NCBI GenBank assembly: GCA_028023455.1
Contig: JAQFVV010000009.1
Span: 124,001 to 188,000 of the forward strand
Length of the DNA stretch: 64,000 nucleotides
Source: Epiperipatus broadwayi
Lineage: Eukaryota; Animalia; Onychophora
Direction: 5' to 3'
Positions 50,085 to 63,175 of the stretch are shown piece by piece. The number at the start of each line of letters is the position of its first letter. Within the stretch, counting starts at the first letter, position 1. Below the pieces are notes generated by a model that searched no databases, was not told the DNA's origin, and was given only the letters and a program-made list of their open reading frames with translations. The position numbers and the translations under genes were made by a program.

Positions 50085-52230
50085 ATGCCTGTGTGAATAT
50101 AAAACCGGAGACAAAAACTATCAAAAAAATCACTATTAAAGTTGATATTCCTAACTTTCAGAACTACTCTACAGAATTTAAATTAGAACTTGCTAATTGT
50201 TTTAAAATACTGATATATTTTGAAGATGATTTGAACTTAAGTGAAATAAATAAGATAATTGATAATCAACTAAAAGATGCAAAAAAAAAAAGATAGCTAG
50301 TAAAGAAACACTGCAATTCATCAATAAATTTTCAACTAAGACAAACAATATACAGGGCTAATTGACTCATTTGCATAAAGTTTGCATATTGTACATATAA
50401 AATAATTCCAATGAGAGAGTCATAACAGGCTACGATTATGAGAAATACACTTTCTCGAAAGTGCTTAGCCATTTTAATTTGTTGACTACAATAAATTTGT
50501 TAATTTATACAGCTTTATGTTATATAAAAAAAATGAATATGAATATATTTTAAAATAATTCATTAACAAAAGTTAAATATCTGGAGTTCTGTAAAATAGA
50601 TATGAAAAATATTTAATAAAAAAAAAAAAATCTAAAAAAAAAGTTTCAAAAATATAAACAACATCTTGGTATTGCAAGAAAAGTGGTATCAGCAATAAGA
50701 AAAGATGAAACTATTTCTAAAAGTGGAATGACATCAAAAAATGTGTGGCAGTTTTACAAGGAATTATATAATAATAAAGATTAAGAAAACAAATTAAGTA
50801 CTAAAATATCTACACTTTCTGAATTGCCAAAAAGTGAAACATGCATTTAAATCTGTAAGGAAGTTAAAATCACAAAATATGACAAAATTATTATTAATAT
50901 CTTAAAAGAAACAGGTTAAGAAATATAAAAACTATTGGCAAAACTATATAATAAACGTTTAAATGCTAAAGTGTACTAGATAGTTAGAGAAAAGCAATAG
51001 TAATATTGATATTTAAGAAAGGTGATAAAAAAAATATTAGAATTTACAGACCTACTGATCTTTTATCATTTCTATATAAAATCATCAAGATAATTACAAC
51101 TCATTTACAGCAACTTTAGATTCAAATCAACTAAAAGAAGCTGGATTTAAAAGTGGATCCCATTCAAATATTGAGAGAAGTTATAGAGAAAGCCAATGAA
51201 TATGAGTTGACATTGTTCTTTGTATTTGTAGATTATGAAAAGGTATTTGATTCTATAAGCATTTCCACAGTGATTAAAGCATTGATCTATCAAGATAGAA
51301 ACTCAGGATATTGTCATATTCTAAAGAATATTTATCAAAATTTCAATAAGTGATTAGATTGCATAATGATGCTAAGATTAACATTGAAAAAAAATGTATG
51401 ATAAATTGATTCCATTTCTCCAAAAAATTTTATAGCAGTTTAACAAGAAGTACTTTCTGAATTACAATGGAAAGCTAAGGAAATAGAGAGATTATTTAAG
51501 TACTTTAGATTTTACAGATGTGAATATTTTTGCAAATAATGCTCCAGAACTTCAGGAAATGTTGTGAGTGTTATCAAATAAAAGTCAGAAATTGGAACTA
51601 AAAATAAATAGTAAAAAGACTAAGTACTAATTAAATAATTTTCTCAAATAAAGAAAATCGATTAATAATCATGAAATAGAAATTAACAACTACAAATAAT
51701 TTAATCAGATTACTAATACTGATGAAAACATAGTGAAGGAATTAATTGTTTATGGTAAAAATAATATGAAAAAGAAATATGTCAATATGCTTGAAAGGAA
51801 AGATTTTTATTAGATCTGTTTTACCAGTTCTTAATTATGGGTTTGAGACTTAGACATTTAACAGAAAAGCAGTAAAGACTTAGATCATTCAATGAAGTAT
51901 GAGAGATGTATATTAGAAGTAACAAAAAGAATCTAAAAGTAAATGGTAAAAGATGAGAGAATAAACAGGGATCTTTAGAAAAAATTAAGAGTTTAAAATG
52001 AAGTTGGGATAGACATACTGCTAGAAGAGATAATAATAGACTGATAGTTGAAATGTTAAACTAGATTTCAAGAGACAAACCTAAAAAAAGATCATATATG
52101 AAATAGAAGAATGAAATATGAAAGATCACTGGTGCAGTGTAGAGAACAGAGGTTATGAATCAGAGAAATTGGATTAAAGTTGGAGAGACTTCATTCTGTA
52201 ATGGACTGATAATGGTGATGATGATGATTC
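50085..52230 (+). mobile_element. Decayed 5'-truncated RTE-clade LINE
   Basis: IQILREVIEKANEYELTLFFVFVDYEKVFDSI; (gat)n tail near 52215-52228; homologous to 58030-59760. Confidence 0.85.
50428..50470 (+). ncRNA. Hammerhead-like motif (A3-U8 family, U4 changed to C) in a small Penelope pLTR-like fragment inside the RTE
   Basis: GGCU|ACGAUUAU|GAGAAA uacac UUUCUC|GAAA|GUGC|UU|AGCC. Confidence 0.5.
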
Positions 52231-53989
52231 ATGTCTTTATTATATAAAAAGGCAACACATTAATAATTACGTATTTCATAAAATAAATAACACTTCCTTT
52301 ATAATTATGAATTTCAAAAAGCATATAATCATTTTACAAATATTTATATTAATGATAATATTTGTGAATATATATATATTTGTATACTTATTAACTGTTA
52401 AAAGTATCATATTTAATAAATATATATGTCTTTACTTTCACACTTTGAAATATTTGCATTAAGCAAAACCCTTCTAGAATAATTTGTAGCCGGTTATGTT
52501 AGATTTGGCACAGCTGACAAAAGTTTTCCATGAAACCACTTCTATAGGCCTTGAATTATCATAATTATAATTTAGGATATGATTTTTAGATAATTTCCTA
52601 TTTCTTAATTAAAAAACAAAATGTTACATATTAAAATTTGTATATTTATTTGGTAATCCAAGGCACTATCCAACCCCATCATTTAAAAAGAAAAAATACA
52701 AAATCAAAAATATAAATGTAAAAATACATATAAAATTTATTATATTTAATTTTTATATATTACTGTATATATCAATTTGAATTAATATCACTTTCAAAAA
52801 CACAAAAAAATTTACATTAATGCTATCAACTACCATTTTCTTTTATTAACTTGCTTAATCTGAATATTTCCTTCATATCCTATGCATTTTTTTATCTCAT
52901 CTTCATTTTTTAAAGACATTTCATATTCAGCATTTAAATATCCAATAGTTTTAAATTCTCTCTAACTAGGAAATCACTTCTTTCTTACTGTTCATCCTTA
53001 GTTTTCTAATTACATTTTTCTAACTCATCATTAAAATTATTATAGTTATAGATGTAGAATAATCTAAAAAAATAAGAACACCATTTTCACTTTTATATAT
53101 ACAAATGAATACTGAGAGAACTAAACTGTTAATAAAATCCTTTCAGAACATGAGAAAAATATCAGATGCATCTACTAAAACATTTTACATATGCTATAAT
53201 AAACAATGGAATTTATTGTAATATTTGCATTAATTGATGTAGTCATTTTATATTCAGCATTATGTCAGGAATTATTAACTTTATATTAGTAAAACAAAGC
53301 TTTTTTTTTTTTAATTCTCAAAATAATTTTGCTTTAATATATTTTCATTATTTCTAAAAATATTTTTAATAATAATTGTTCAAAAATAATTTTATTTTAC
53401 TACAAACATTATTTAAACATAATTTTATTTAACTACAAACATGACATAAACTAAAAGTCACTTATATGAAAAATTAAATCTACAAATTATGCCTCAATTT
53501 AGTTATATTACCTATTGTTAATTCAAAATGCATTTGTTTATAGAGAGAGCACAAAAGAAAATGTATTAGGTTATCACTCTAATTTATAAAGTCATATATT
53601 TCATCTATAAATTGAATTAATGCGTATGTTATTAAGAAAATAAATTAAATATCTCAAAACATTGAATATGATTAATTGTCTAATGTTGATAAGACAATTA
53701 CAATCATATCTAGAGATAAGAAAGTTCTGAAAAAATATGAATTCAATTAATTGAATTGGTTAACATGATCATTGTATGAATTAATAGTCATTGTTTGAAT
53801 ATTAATTCAGTGAGTAAAGAGTGTACATTAAACAATTTGTACATTGTATGAGATGGTCACTCACAAAACACCACTAAATATATAAAAACTTTCAATACCA
53901 TTAACTAGCTCACTTGCTTCCCTAATTTTCCCAATTTAATCATTTTTCAGAATATATAATAATTTAATAGTGTACCAGTCAAAATATGT

Positions 53990-54115
53990 TTATCCATCTA
54001 ACATGAGCTGGAACTCACAAAATGTACTTCAAACCCAGTCAAGCCCGAGATTTAGGTCAAGGACCAGCCTGGATTCGAACCCACTCTCTAAGCCCCAGAT
54101 CTAACACCTAATAAA
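53990..54115 (-). mobile_element. Possible tRNA-derived SINE head
   Basis: Perfect B box GGGTTCGAATCC on the minus strand; no convincing cloverleaf. Confidence 0.3.
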
Positions 54116-54449
54116 TAACATAATAGTGATGGCACATGAGAATTAATTTTAATCCGGCCGACTAGCAAAGCTGAGCAAAACAATGAGACATCTATTAACT
54201 ATGACTTAAATTAAAATATATATGTCTGTACTTTTGGAAGTGGAGAAAAAGGAATTCGAACTACTCAAGTAAGTTAGACAATAAAAATATAGTTTAATAT
54301 ACTGACAAATTATTATACATTTATAAATTAATTATATACATTAGTGTGTGCGTGAATGAGCAAGCAGTAGATGATTACATAGTGTCATTCACGCTATTAT
54401 TACTCATATGCTCTTTTATTAACTAGCTAAATAATATATTATACATAAA

Positions 54450-55100
54450 CACACATCTTTGGTGGGTCCAATGCCAATCGAAAATTAGAATTACATAAAA
54501 CTGCCATTAAAGCTTCGATTTACGTTTCTGAAGCATGGTGACTAACATATTACTTCGGGAAGCATTCTGAGATTCATTACAGATATAATATAAACCATTT
54601 TCACGCCATTACAGTCATGAAAATACATAAAATACATTTGAAAACATATTTGATTATACGATAAAATACTTAATGAACATTCTTTTAATTAGCGCTGGTA
54701 AGAGGAACGCTTTATTTTCCCAAAGGTATACAGATACTCTTAAATATAAAAATAAGTTACAATGGTGGATTGTATGATAAGATTGAAATAACATTAGTAA
54801 TTAATCTAGCTATTAATATTTGGCATTGATATATATTTTGAGCAGAGCGCATTTTTAATACTAGAGCATTAAAACTGGATCATGAAGCAAAAGAAATAAT
54901 AATAATAATACGAAGAAGTTTGCGGTGCTGACATAATAGCCGAAAAATAACAGGAAAAGTCGTGCTTCTGGACGAAAGACAAAGTGGATGGGCATGGCGT
55001 GTGCCAGACTTAGGGATCACCGCCAGAGGCATTTTATATGGAATAAATAACGAGAAATCTATGGGTTCGATCTTGTCGCAACCCCCAGATTAAGAAGTAC
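54450..55100 (+). mobile_element. Decayed 3' end of an RTE-like LINE
   Basis: LELHKTAIKASIYVSEAW, ADIIAEK and KWMG(H)-like motifs of the RT C-terminus. Confidence 0.5.
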
Positions 55101-56169
55101 ATATATAAAAACACGAAGATCAGGTCGAATGTCAGTAACGCAGTATGAATGAATGTCACTAACGACATGAAATATGATTTACTGCTTTAAAAATAAATGA
55201 CCCTTGTTTGAATGCTATAATTTATACAAACAATACGCTATGCAGTTATATATAGAGAGATTTCATTTACTAAAATACAGTATACATGGATTTACTACTA
55301 AATCATTTTAAGTTTCAAACGACGTGTAATATGTTTACAATCTGTTCTCTCAATACTAACTAATCTAATCTGTGACTCAAAATTCAGTCATTTTATACTT
55401 TTTCTTTATCGGTTGTTTTTGAAGATGCAACAGTAAGGTAACATCCAAAAATAAATTCAAATCTATTTCCAGATTAGAAATAGATTTGACAACATGTTTA
55501 TAACAAAAGTATCTTTAATCTTAATCCCCTTTTAAGTAAAACTTTAATTAAAAATACCTACTTCAGATTAAAACAATAGTGCTTCCAACCCCTTTAATTA
55601 TTTTTAGACAATCAACTGTAGCATCTTCCATATTGGATTTTACAAAATATACAGTTTAAAAGAAAAAAATACTTTAAAAATAAAAGTTGTACAAATGACA
55701 TATAATAAAATATTTACAAAAAAAATCAATATTTTGTTAGTATTTTGCTCCAATATATATATATTTGAGCCGCACCTATGTATTTTAATAAAAAGAATTA
55801 ATAATCATAAAATTAATAATAATAAAAATGTTAATTTAAAAGTTAAAATTTTATAATGTAGGTGTGCATCTCAAATGTATACATAAAATATACATACACG
55901 ACAAAAGGAACAGGATGGGATATAGGGTTTAAACACAGATTAGTAGATGGAACTATGAAGCTCAATCTTAAGTTAAGATTGACTGCTTCAATAATATATG
56001 TTATCTATCCATCTCTTTCTCCACCACTTCGTTTTATAAAGTTTATATCTTAAGAGCATCTATATACTATTGGAAATGTAAACAAGACAGTGCTAGATCA
56101 AATCTTTCAAAAGTTTATCTTATATTTTATAAATGTGTAACTAATAGAATAATAAATTATAATACTTAC

Positions 56170-56212
56170 ATCATGATTTTTTACAAGATATTCAAACAGC
56201 AGTCGGCCATCT
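56170..56212 (-). CDS. eIF3e: eIF3 subunit E coding exon (43 nt; equivalent to human exon 4)
   Basis: Minus strand reads tttttacag|A GAT GGC CGA CTG CTG TTT GAA TAT CTT GTA AAA AAT CAT GAT|gtaagt, giving (R)DGRLLFEYLVKNHD, which resembles human DGRMLFDYLADKHG. Confidence 0.93.
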
Positions 56213-56601
56213 CTGTAAAAATAGTTATGAAATGTTTTAATTACAATCAATTTAGATATTCATTCTGAAAAAAATTAAAGAATAAATTATATTACAAAGA
56301 TTAGCTGAAGAATTAATCCACTATAGTCTGAATGGCATGTCAATCAAATTTTTTTCATTTTCAATTTTATGACATTCAGTATAGACTTTTGAATCTCTCT
56401 TGTAAGGGTCACTTACAACTCACGTAAACGCTCATATACATGCTCATTTGTAAGTCAGTACACTCTAATAAACAGCTTAACATATAAATAATTGACATCT
56501 ACATAATAAAGAAAAAATTTTAACTTACAATTATATTAGTAATGTCAATTAAAAAGCATTAGCTTTAAATAAAAATAATAATAATAATAAAAATATTTCC
56601 C

Positions 56602-56792
56602 TCATCTTCAGGTTCTAAAGTTCAAGTCCTAGTTAGTTTCCATGGTTATTAAACAATAGGTTTGCTTTTATTTTATCTATATATGCAGAATATGTAATCT
56701 TTAATTGCTATGTCTAGTTAGGGACATATTTTTTTTATTTTTTAATAACCATGGAAACTAACCAGGACTTGAACTTTAGAACCTGAAGATGA
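56602..56792. repeat. Inverted repeat with 52-bp arms (1 mismatch) and an 87-nt spacer; probably an inverted Penelope pLTR remnant
   Basis: 56602-56653 versus 56741-56792. Each arm ends in CCTGAAGATGA; the right arm continues gatccaggtc-aagc, a broken canonical hammerhead. Confidence 0.7.
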
Positions 56793-58029
56793 TCCAGGTC
56801 AAGCATATCCAAGCAATCCATTGTTCAAAAAATAAAAATTTATGATTCAATTACTTAATTGAAAACATTAATTAATTCAGTAATCATTATATATAAAAAC
56901 CTCTTAAAGAAAAATAAAAGAAAAACGCATAATGCATTTTCTGAAGATTCGAAAATCAGAATTGTTAAAAAAGATGGTTAAATCAAAGGAATTATTCATT
57001 TACATACCCTTTGTTATTAAGAAATTCATCTAAACAATTGCAAATTTATACCCAAGGGAGTTTCATATTAGTCAATAACCCATTCAGAAGAATATAAATA
57101 TTAATAATTGTGAAAACTATAAGGAAAGAGCAGCACATCATTAGAATATTATCAGAAGAGTAACTTTGCGTCTGTTAACATATATATATATATATCGCAG
57201 AATGACATTTTAAAGTTTTTAATTTTAAATAATTTAAAAGCAATACTACTCAAGTTATTTAAAAGCTATTCCAATGTTTTCTGGCTAAACAACTTGCCGT
57301 GGAAGTCTTGTGAAGATGCTTACCAGAAGATGTAAATATTAATTCATCAATCGAATGCCTAATTGAGACGCAAAAATTCTATAGAATGACTTTCCACCTT
57401 AGTTTCATTATATCAGCTTGAAGAGTATGGAATGGGCACTACGAGAGGGCAGCACCATACCGGAGCCGACCAACAGTGCTTCATCCTACGAATGTATGAA
57501 TCACAGGAGTATGAATTACAAGACTGAGAGACTTTGTTGTGAGGTTTAGAAACATTTTATAGGACCTTTTCAAACCAAAAGTATTATTCAAATCATTTAA
57601 ATAAATCGTCTGAACTTTACACTTTATCTATGAACAATGGGGAAGCATATACCTAGCTTGGATCGTTCCATTTCTCTGATCACGAAATGAAAAGGGGGGA
57701 TCACAGCTTATAAGATGAACAAATATTTTTATTTTATAATAAATAAAATTTAGATTTCCCTTCTTGGACAAGCTTGACAGATTATCCAATTTAATATGGG
57801 AGGTAAGATTTATCTTTGCCCACATTAAAAACATTTACTATGTACAGAACAGAATTGTTTGTTAACTTGTTATACTAATTAACTAACTCTTGTTTATTTA
57901 TTTTTTCAGTATGAAGACTAATCTTCTTGAATACATGTACTTTACTATCAACAGCAGATCATTAATATACAGGAGGTTTCTTTTCCAAGTGTCAGTTGGA
58001 AAAAGCTGCAAGGACATCAGCTGTTATAC

Positions 58030-59760
58030 TACTGTTTGGGCTTAAATATAAACTCATTAGGATTTTTATTGTAAAGTGTAATACTAGCAAGGAATACTGT
58101 AGAAGAGAATAAAAGTCTCAAGAGTGTAAAACAACATTTTGGTATTGGTAGGAAATTTATATCTGTAATAAGAAAAAAAGATGGAATTATCATTAAAACG
58201 AGAGATGACATCATGAAAAGGATAGAAGACTTTTATCAAGAATTATACAGTAATAAAGAACAAATACCTCCTATATCTATTACATCTTCTGAATTGCCCA
58301 GAATTTTAAATGAAGAAGTGAGACATGCAATTAAATGTATGAAGAAAGGTAAGGCTCCAGGTAATGATGGAATTATAATTGATATATATTAAAAGAAGCA
58401 GGTGAAGAAATAGAAAATTTTTTTTAGCAAAGTTATATACTAAATGTCTAAATGATAAAGATGTATCAGATGATTGGAAGAATGCAGTATTAATATTAAA
58501 ATTTAAAAGAGGTGATAAAGAAGATGTTAGAAATTGCAGACCTGTCAGCCTTTTATCAGTTTTATACAAAATTTTTATCAAGATAATTACAACTCGTCTA
58601 CAGAGAACACTGGATTTCCACCAACCAAGAGAACAAGCTGGATTTAAAAATGGTTTTAGTACAGTAGATCATATCCAGGCATTGAGATGAGTTATAGAAA
58701 GGACAAATAAATATGAGTCTCCATTGTGCTTTAGATTTGTTGATTATGAAAGGCATTTGATTCTATAAACATTTCTTCAGTGATTAAAGCACTGGATCAT
58801 TGAATAGATTTCAGAATATTGTCATATTTTAAAGAATATTTATAAAAATCCAACAGCAACAATTAGATTATATAATGATACTAGGAAAGTCAACATTGAG
58901 AAGGGTGTAAGACAGCATGACTCCATATCTCCAAAACTTTTTACGGCAATGCTGCAAGAAGTATTTTGTGGATTAAAATGGAAAGCTAAAGAAGTGAAAG
59001 TAAATGGAGATTATTTAAGTCATTTAGATTTTACAGATGGTGTAGTTGTTTTTGCAAATAATGTTTTAGAGCTGCAGGAAATGTTGCAGGAATTATCAGA
59101 TGAAAGTAGGAAAGTAAAACTAAAAATAAATGTTAAAAAGACTAAAGTAATGTTTAATGGATTTTCTCAAAATATGAAAATAAAGATTGATTATGATGAG
59201 TTAGAAGAAGTCAATAGTTACAAAGACCTTGGTCAGATTATTAATACAGATGGAAACATAATGGATGAAATTAATCATAGAATTAAACTTGGTTGGAATG
59301 CTTTTCGTAGAAATAACTTGATACTAAAAACAAATATGCCTATGTGTTTGAAAAGGAAGATTTTTAATAAATGTGTTTTACCAGTTCTTACTTATGGATC
59401 TGAGACTTGGACACTTAATAGAAGAGTAATACAGAGACTTCAGACCACTCAAAGAAGTATGGAGAGATGCATGTTGGGAGTAACAAGAAGAGATCGAAAA
59501 CGCAATATATGGGTAAGAGAACACAGGTGTTACTGACCTCATTGAAAAAAATTAAAAAGACTAAAGTGGAATTGGGCTGGACATATTGCTAGAAGAGATG
59601 ATAAACTGGATTCCAAGAGATTGTAAAAGACCCAGAAAGAGACTGCATGTGAGATGGATGGATGAAATAAGAAAATGTGCAGGGGTGATGTGGAGAAGAG
59701 AAGCTAAAGATCGGAGATGGAATGAACTTGGAGAAACTTCAATGGTTGATGATGATGATG
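58030..59760 (+). mobile_element. 5'-truncated RTE-clade LINE (RT)
   Basis: GKAPGNDG, CRPVSLLSVLYKIF, GVRQHDSISPKLF, YLSHLDFTD, VLPVLTYGSETWTL, WNWAGHIARR; (gat)n tail at ~59746-59760. Confidence 0.92.
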
Positions 59761-62700
59761 AATAAATTTATAAATACTTAGTGCTAATGATTCATACCTA
59801 ACAGGAATAGAAGGGGGATAGTTTCAATCATCAATTATCTATTAAATGTTAGGGATGCATGTCAGGCACATTTGTTGTTAGCATTCATTTTTGAATAGTT
59901 CTTAAATTTTTCTTTGTTAAAATAAAAACGTGTTAATCTATTCTGAAACTTTGAGAAGTCTCTGATTTATCAAAATCATTCTATTCTAACATGATTACAT
60001 ATTATTTAAATTATATGCACACACATACTCTTTTTCCCTTATGTCATAATATTTTAGCAAGGTTGGTTGGAAAGTCATTAATTCATTGCACTTATATAAA
60101 AGTGAGGATATTGTTATTTATGTAATTCACCTCTGAAGAGAGTCAATCACTTCTCCCTAAGTTTGAAATCTGTGGAGTAATGGAACATGAAACAGGAGTG
60201 GGAAGTGGGTGAATTGATATAAATTGTGTTCAGATTTAATATATAATCATTCGAGCTAGCCATTAGAAATGGATGCAATCATTGATCAGGTTCTCCATCG
60301 CAACTGCATCCTATAAAAAAACCCTAAGCCTGCTGGTAGTAAAATGTGACTCCCCTCTCCCAATGCGGAAACTGGACCATTACACTATAAATTACAATAA
60401 AACATCTCTTTATAGGCAATAATTTTAAAAAAAGGAAATAGTAATTACTTTGGTACTGTAAATATACTATTTTCATTAATAGTACATGGAACTGCTTAGT
60501 ACTGCTGCATATTATGTAAAATTTAAAAAGCCATCCAGTAGCAATACTTGAAATTAATGTATATTTTCCATCAAATGCAAGCATTGTCGAATTATTATTC
60601 TTGCCATAATAAAAATTAAATTTTTGGTATTTATATGACTAATATAATCAAGTTTGTTTTTTTTTTTTTGCTTCACATAGCACACTTAAATTTTTTAGAG
60701 TCCAGAGTTTTGAATTAATAGTGATATGAAGAGCATATAACCAAACAAGATGAGCAACATCTGAATGACATTGATAGGAAGAATTTATTCATAAATATGC
60801 TTTTGAAATCAAATATGTTCTTATTCTAAAGCAATGACTCTACAAAATTTATATCAAGAGTTATAAAGTTGATATGGTCATTCAATCTGAATTAAAATTG
60901 ATTTAATTTCAGTAAGTATATTTATGAATAAATTCATCTTATCAATTTCATTCATGTATGATTTTCTAATTAGATTACATACTGTTTTTATAGCCATCAG
61001 CTTAAAATTTTCTAACTAATTACTACTAATCTGTGAACAGATGTAATTCAATTGCTAATAAGTTCCTGTTTTCATTTTTGTCTTTTCAGAAACTTGTTTA
61101 CCTATTTAATTGATTAAAATTAATGAACTTATACAAATATATATAAACATATAATAATATTGTACTTTTTTTAAGGCAGGGTGAAATCAACAGATAAGAG
61201 AGTACTCCAAGTAGGATAAGAAATATAAAGAAAAGATTCAATCACACAAATGCTAAGAAAAGAGATAATTTATTTTAGCCCAAAAACATTTATTTCTCAT
61301 CATTCTGATCAATAAGTTTTACTAACAACAAAGCACACAAATGATATAAGAATTTTTCAAAAGATGCATAGCAACATGACGTTTAAACTTATATAATTTA
61401 TATAATTGTTTAGTATTATAATTAATTTGAATCTCAGAATTTTTGCAAATAGTAATTAAAATATTACAACAGATCCAGATTATACATTTTCTGAATTGTA
61501 GTATATTATAATGATCTAAAAATGAATCCTTTAGTGTATTAATTATTTTGAGGCATAATTAATAATTATTATATATTATTCCAGAAGGTAACTTTGGATT
61601 AATCACATGGGCAATTCAACTTAAAATAACATAGTTAATTCAATTTTAGATACTCAATTCATCAATATTGATTACAGGTAATCCATTACGCTAAATACAT
61701 GCTAGCATTATCTCTCACAAAACATAATAATTGCTTCAATAAAAAATCTTATATATAATTCAATATATTATTCCACATACCTTACCACTTTGTTCTTCTT
61801 TACATTCTGTAAAGTGTTTCCCAAAGTATTTATAATTCAATCACAATTTTTCAGTCTTTTCAACATAATCTTGCATAATTTCATGTCCAGAAAATGTGAA
61901 ATATCTAATTATATTTACAAAAGTAATTCTTATATTTTTCTATATAACTTATTATGGAAGCAATATAATTTTCTTCTTCCTTTTCTTATGTATTGATTTC
62001 TATATTTACATATCATACCATTTCCAACTTACTTAAACACTTCAACAATACTATTCTTTATATCAAAACTTTATTCTTACACTTTCAATTGATCTGCTGT
62101 CATTATCAGAGCTACAATATCCAAATATATAATTATACAATTAATACACTTTATACACATTTATATACACAATTAAAACATACATCTTAATCTGACCATC
62201 ATAATTAATCATTTTCATTTTATTACTTTACTCTTAATTAATTTTATCCATATTTATTTTATGTAATTTTAAAATTATTTATTATAATTTTAATTTTTTT
62301 AATTTTAAAGAACTTTTCTACTATTTAATATGTATTATTTTATTATTATCCTTTTACTTATATTTTTAATCAACTTGTAATCTTTTCTTATTTTTATTAT
62401 ATATTTTATAATTAATTATTAATTTTTTTTACGTTACAAATTACTCACCTCTTTACGATCCTATTTCTAACAATCAATTGAAAAAATTTTCAAAATTGTT
62501 ATACTTGCTTAACACCTCCCTCTATTATCATTTTCTTCAGCTTTATTTTTATAACCTTTTTATATTCAAACTATTATTAATAATAATTGTTTATAAAATT
62601 TATTGTCTTTACCCCCAAAATCCCTATTAAGATTTGGTATTATATTTTTAATCAATATTGCTTCTTTAATTTTCCTACCCCTTCTAATTTGTATAATTAA

Positions 62701-63069
62701 TTCATTTCTATACTAGCTTTCCCAAACCTATGACCTGTTTCTAATGAATGCAAATAAACAGGTGATCTCTTATCATATTTATGTTGAATTAATCTTGTAT
62801 AAATTGATTTCTTTGTTTCTCCTACATAATTAGTTTTTATATTTTTACTTTTACATGACTTGCATTCAATTATATATACTTCATATATGCATTTTTCTAC
62901 TTTTCTCACATATTTATTATCTAATATATTAAGTATATTTTTCCTTCTTTTATTTACTATCTTAAATTTTAAAATAAAATCCTTGTTTTTACTTCACCTT
63001 TGAGAGGTAAGTTTTAAATTGCACTTTACGCAAAAAAGTGAAGCTTAGTATTATTAGAAAAGAATTATA

Positions 63070-63113
63070 TGGCTAAGCGCTTTCGAAGTTTCTGGACTTC
63101 ATATTCATAGCCG
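63070..63113 (-). ncRNA. Minimal hammerhead-ribozyme-like motif, A3-U8 core variant (best-preserved copy)
   Basis: CGGCU|AUGAAUAU|GAAGU ccagaa ACUUC|GAAA|GCGC|UU|AGCCA, with perfect stems I and II. Confidence 0.68.
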
Positions 63114-63131
63114 AGTGCAGACGATAGCATT

Positions 63132-63175
63132 CGGCTATGAATATGAAATCCAGGAACTTCGAAAGTGCATAGCCG
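63132..63175 (+). ncRNA. Hammerhead-like motif, inverted partner of 63070-63113 (U16.1 changed to A, predicted inactive)
   Basis: CGGCU|AUGAAUAU|GAAAU ccagga ACUUC|GAAA|GUGC|AU|AGCCG. Confidence 0.5.

Noticed and set aside
54890-55100. CpG-richer block with gggttcgatc as a promoter or tRNA gene
   Set aside because: It translates to RTE RT C-terminal motifs and has no cloverleaf.
57300-57560. Possible RT fragment (DQQCFILRM)
   Set aside because: A single weak motif; not enough to annotate.
60330-60385. gtgtaatggt A-box-like motif on the minus strand as a tRNA or SINE
   Set aside because: No B box or cloverleaf.
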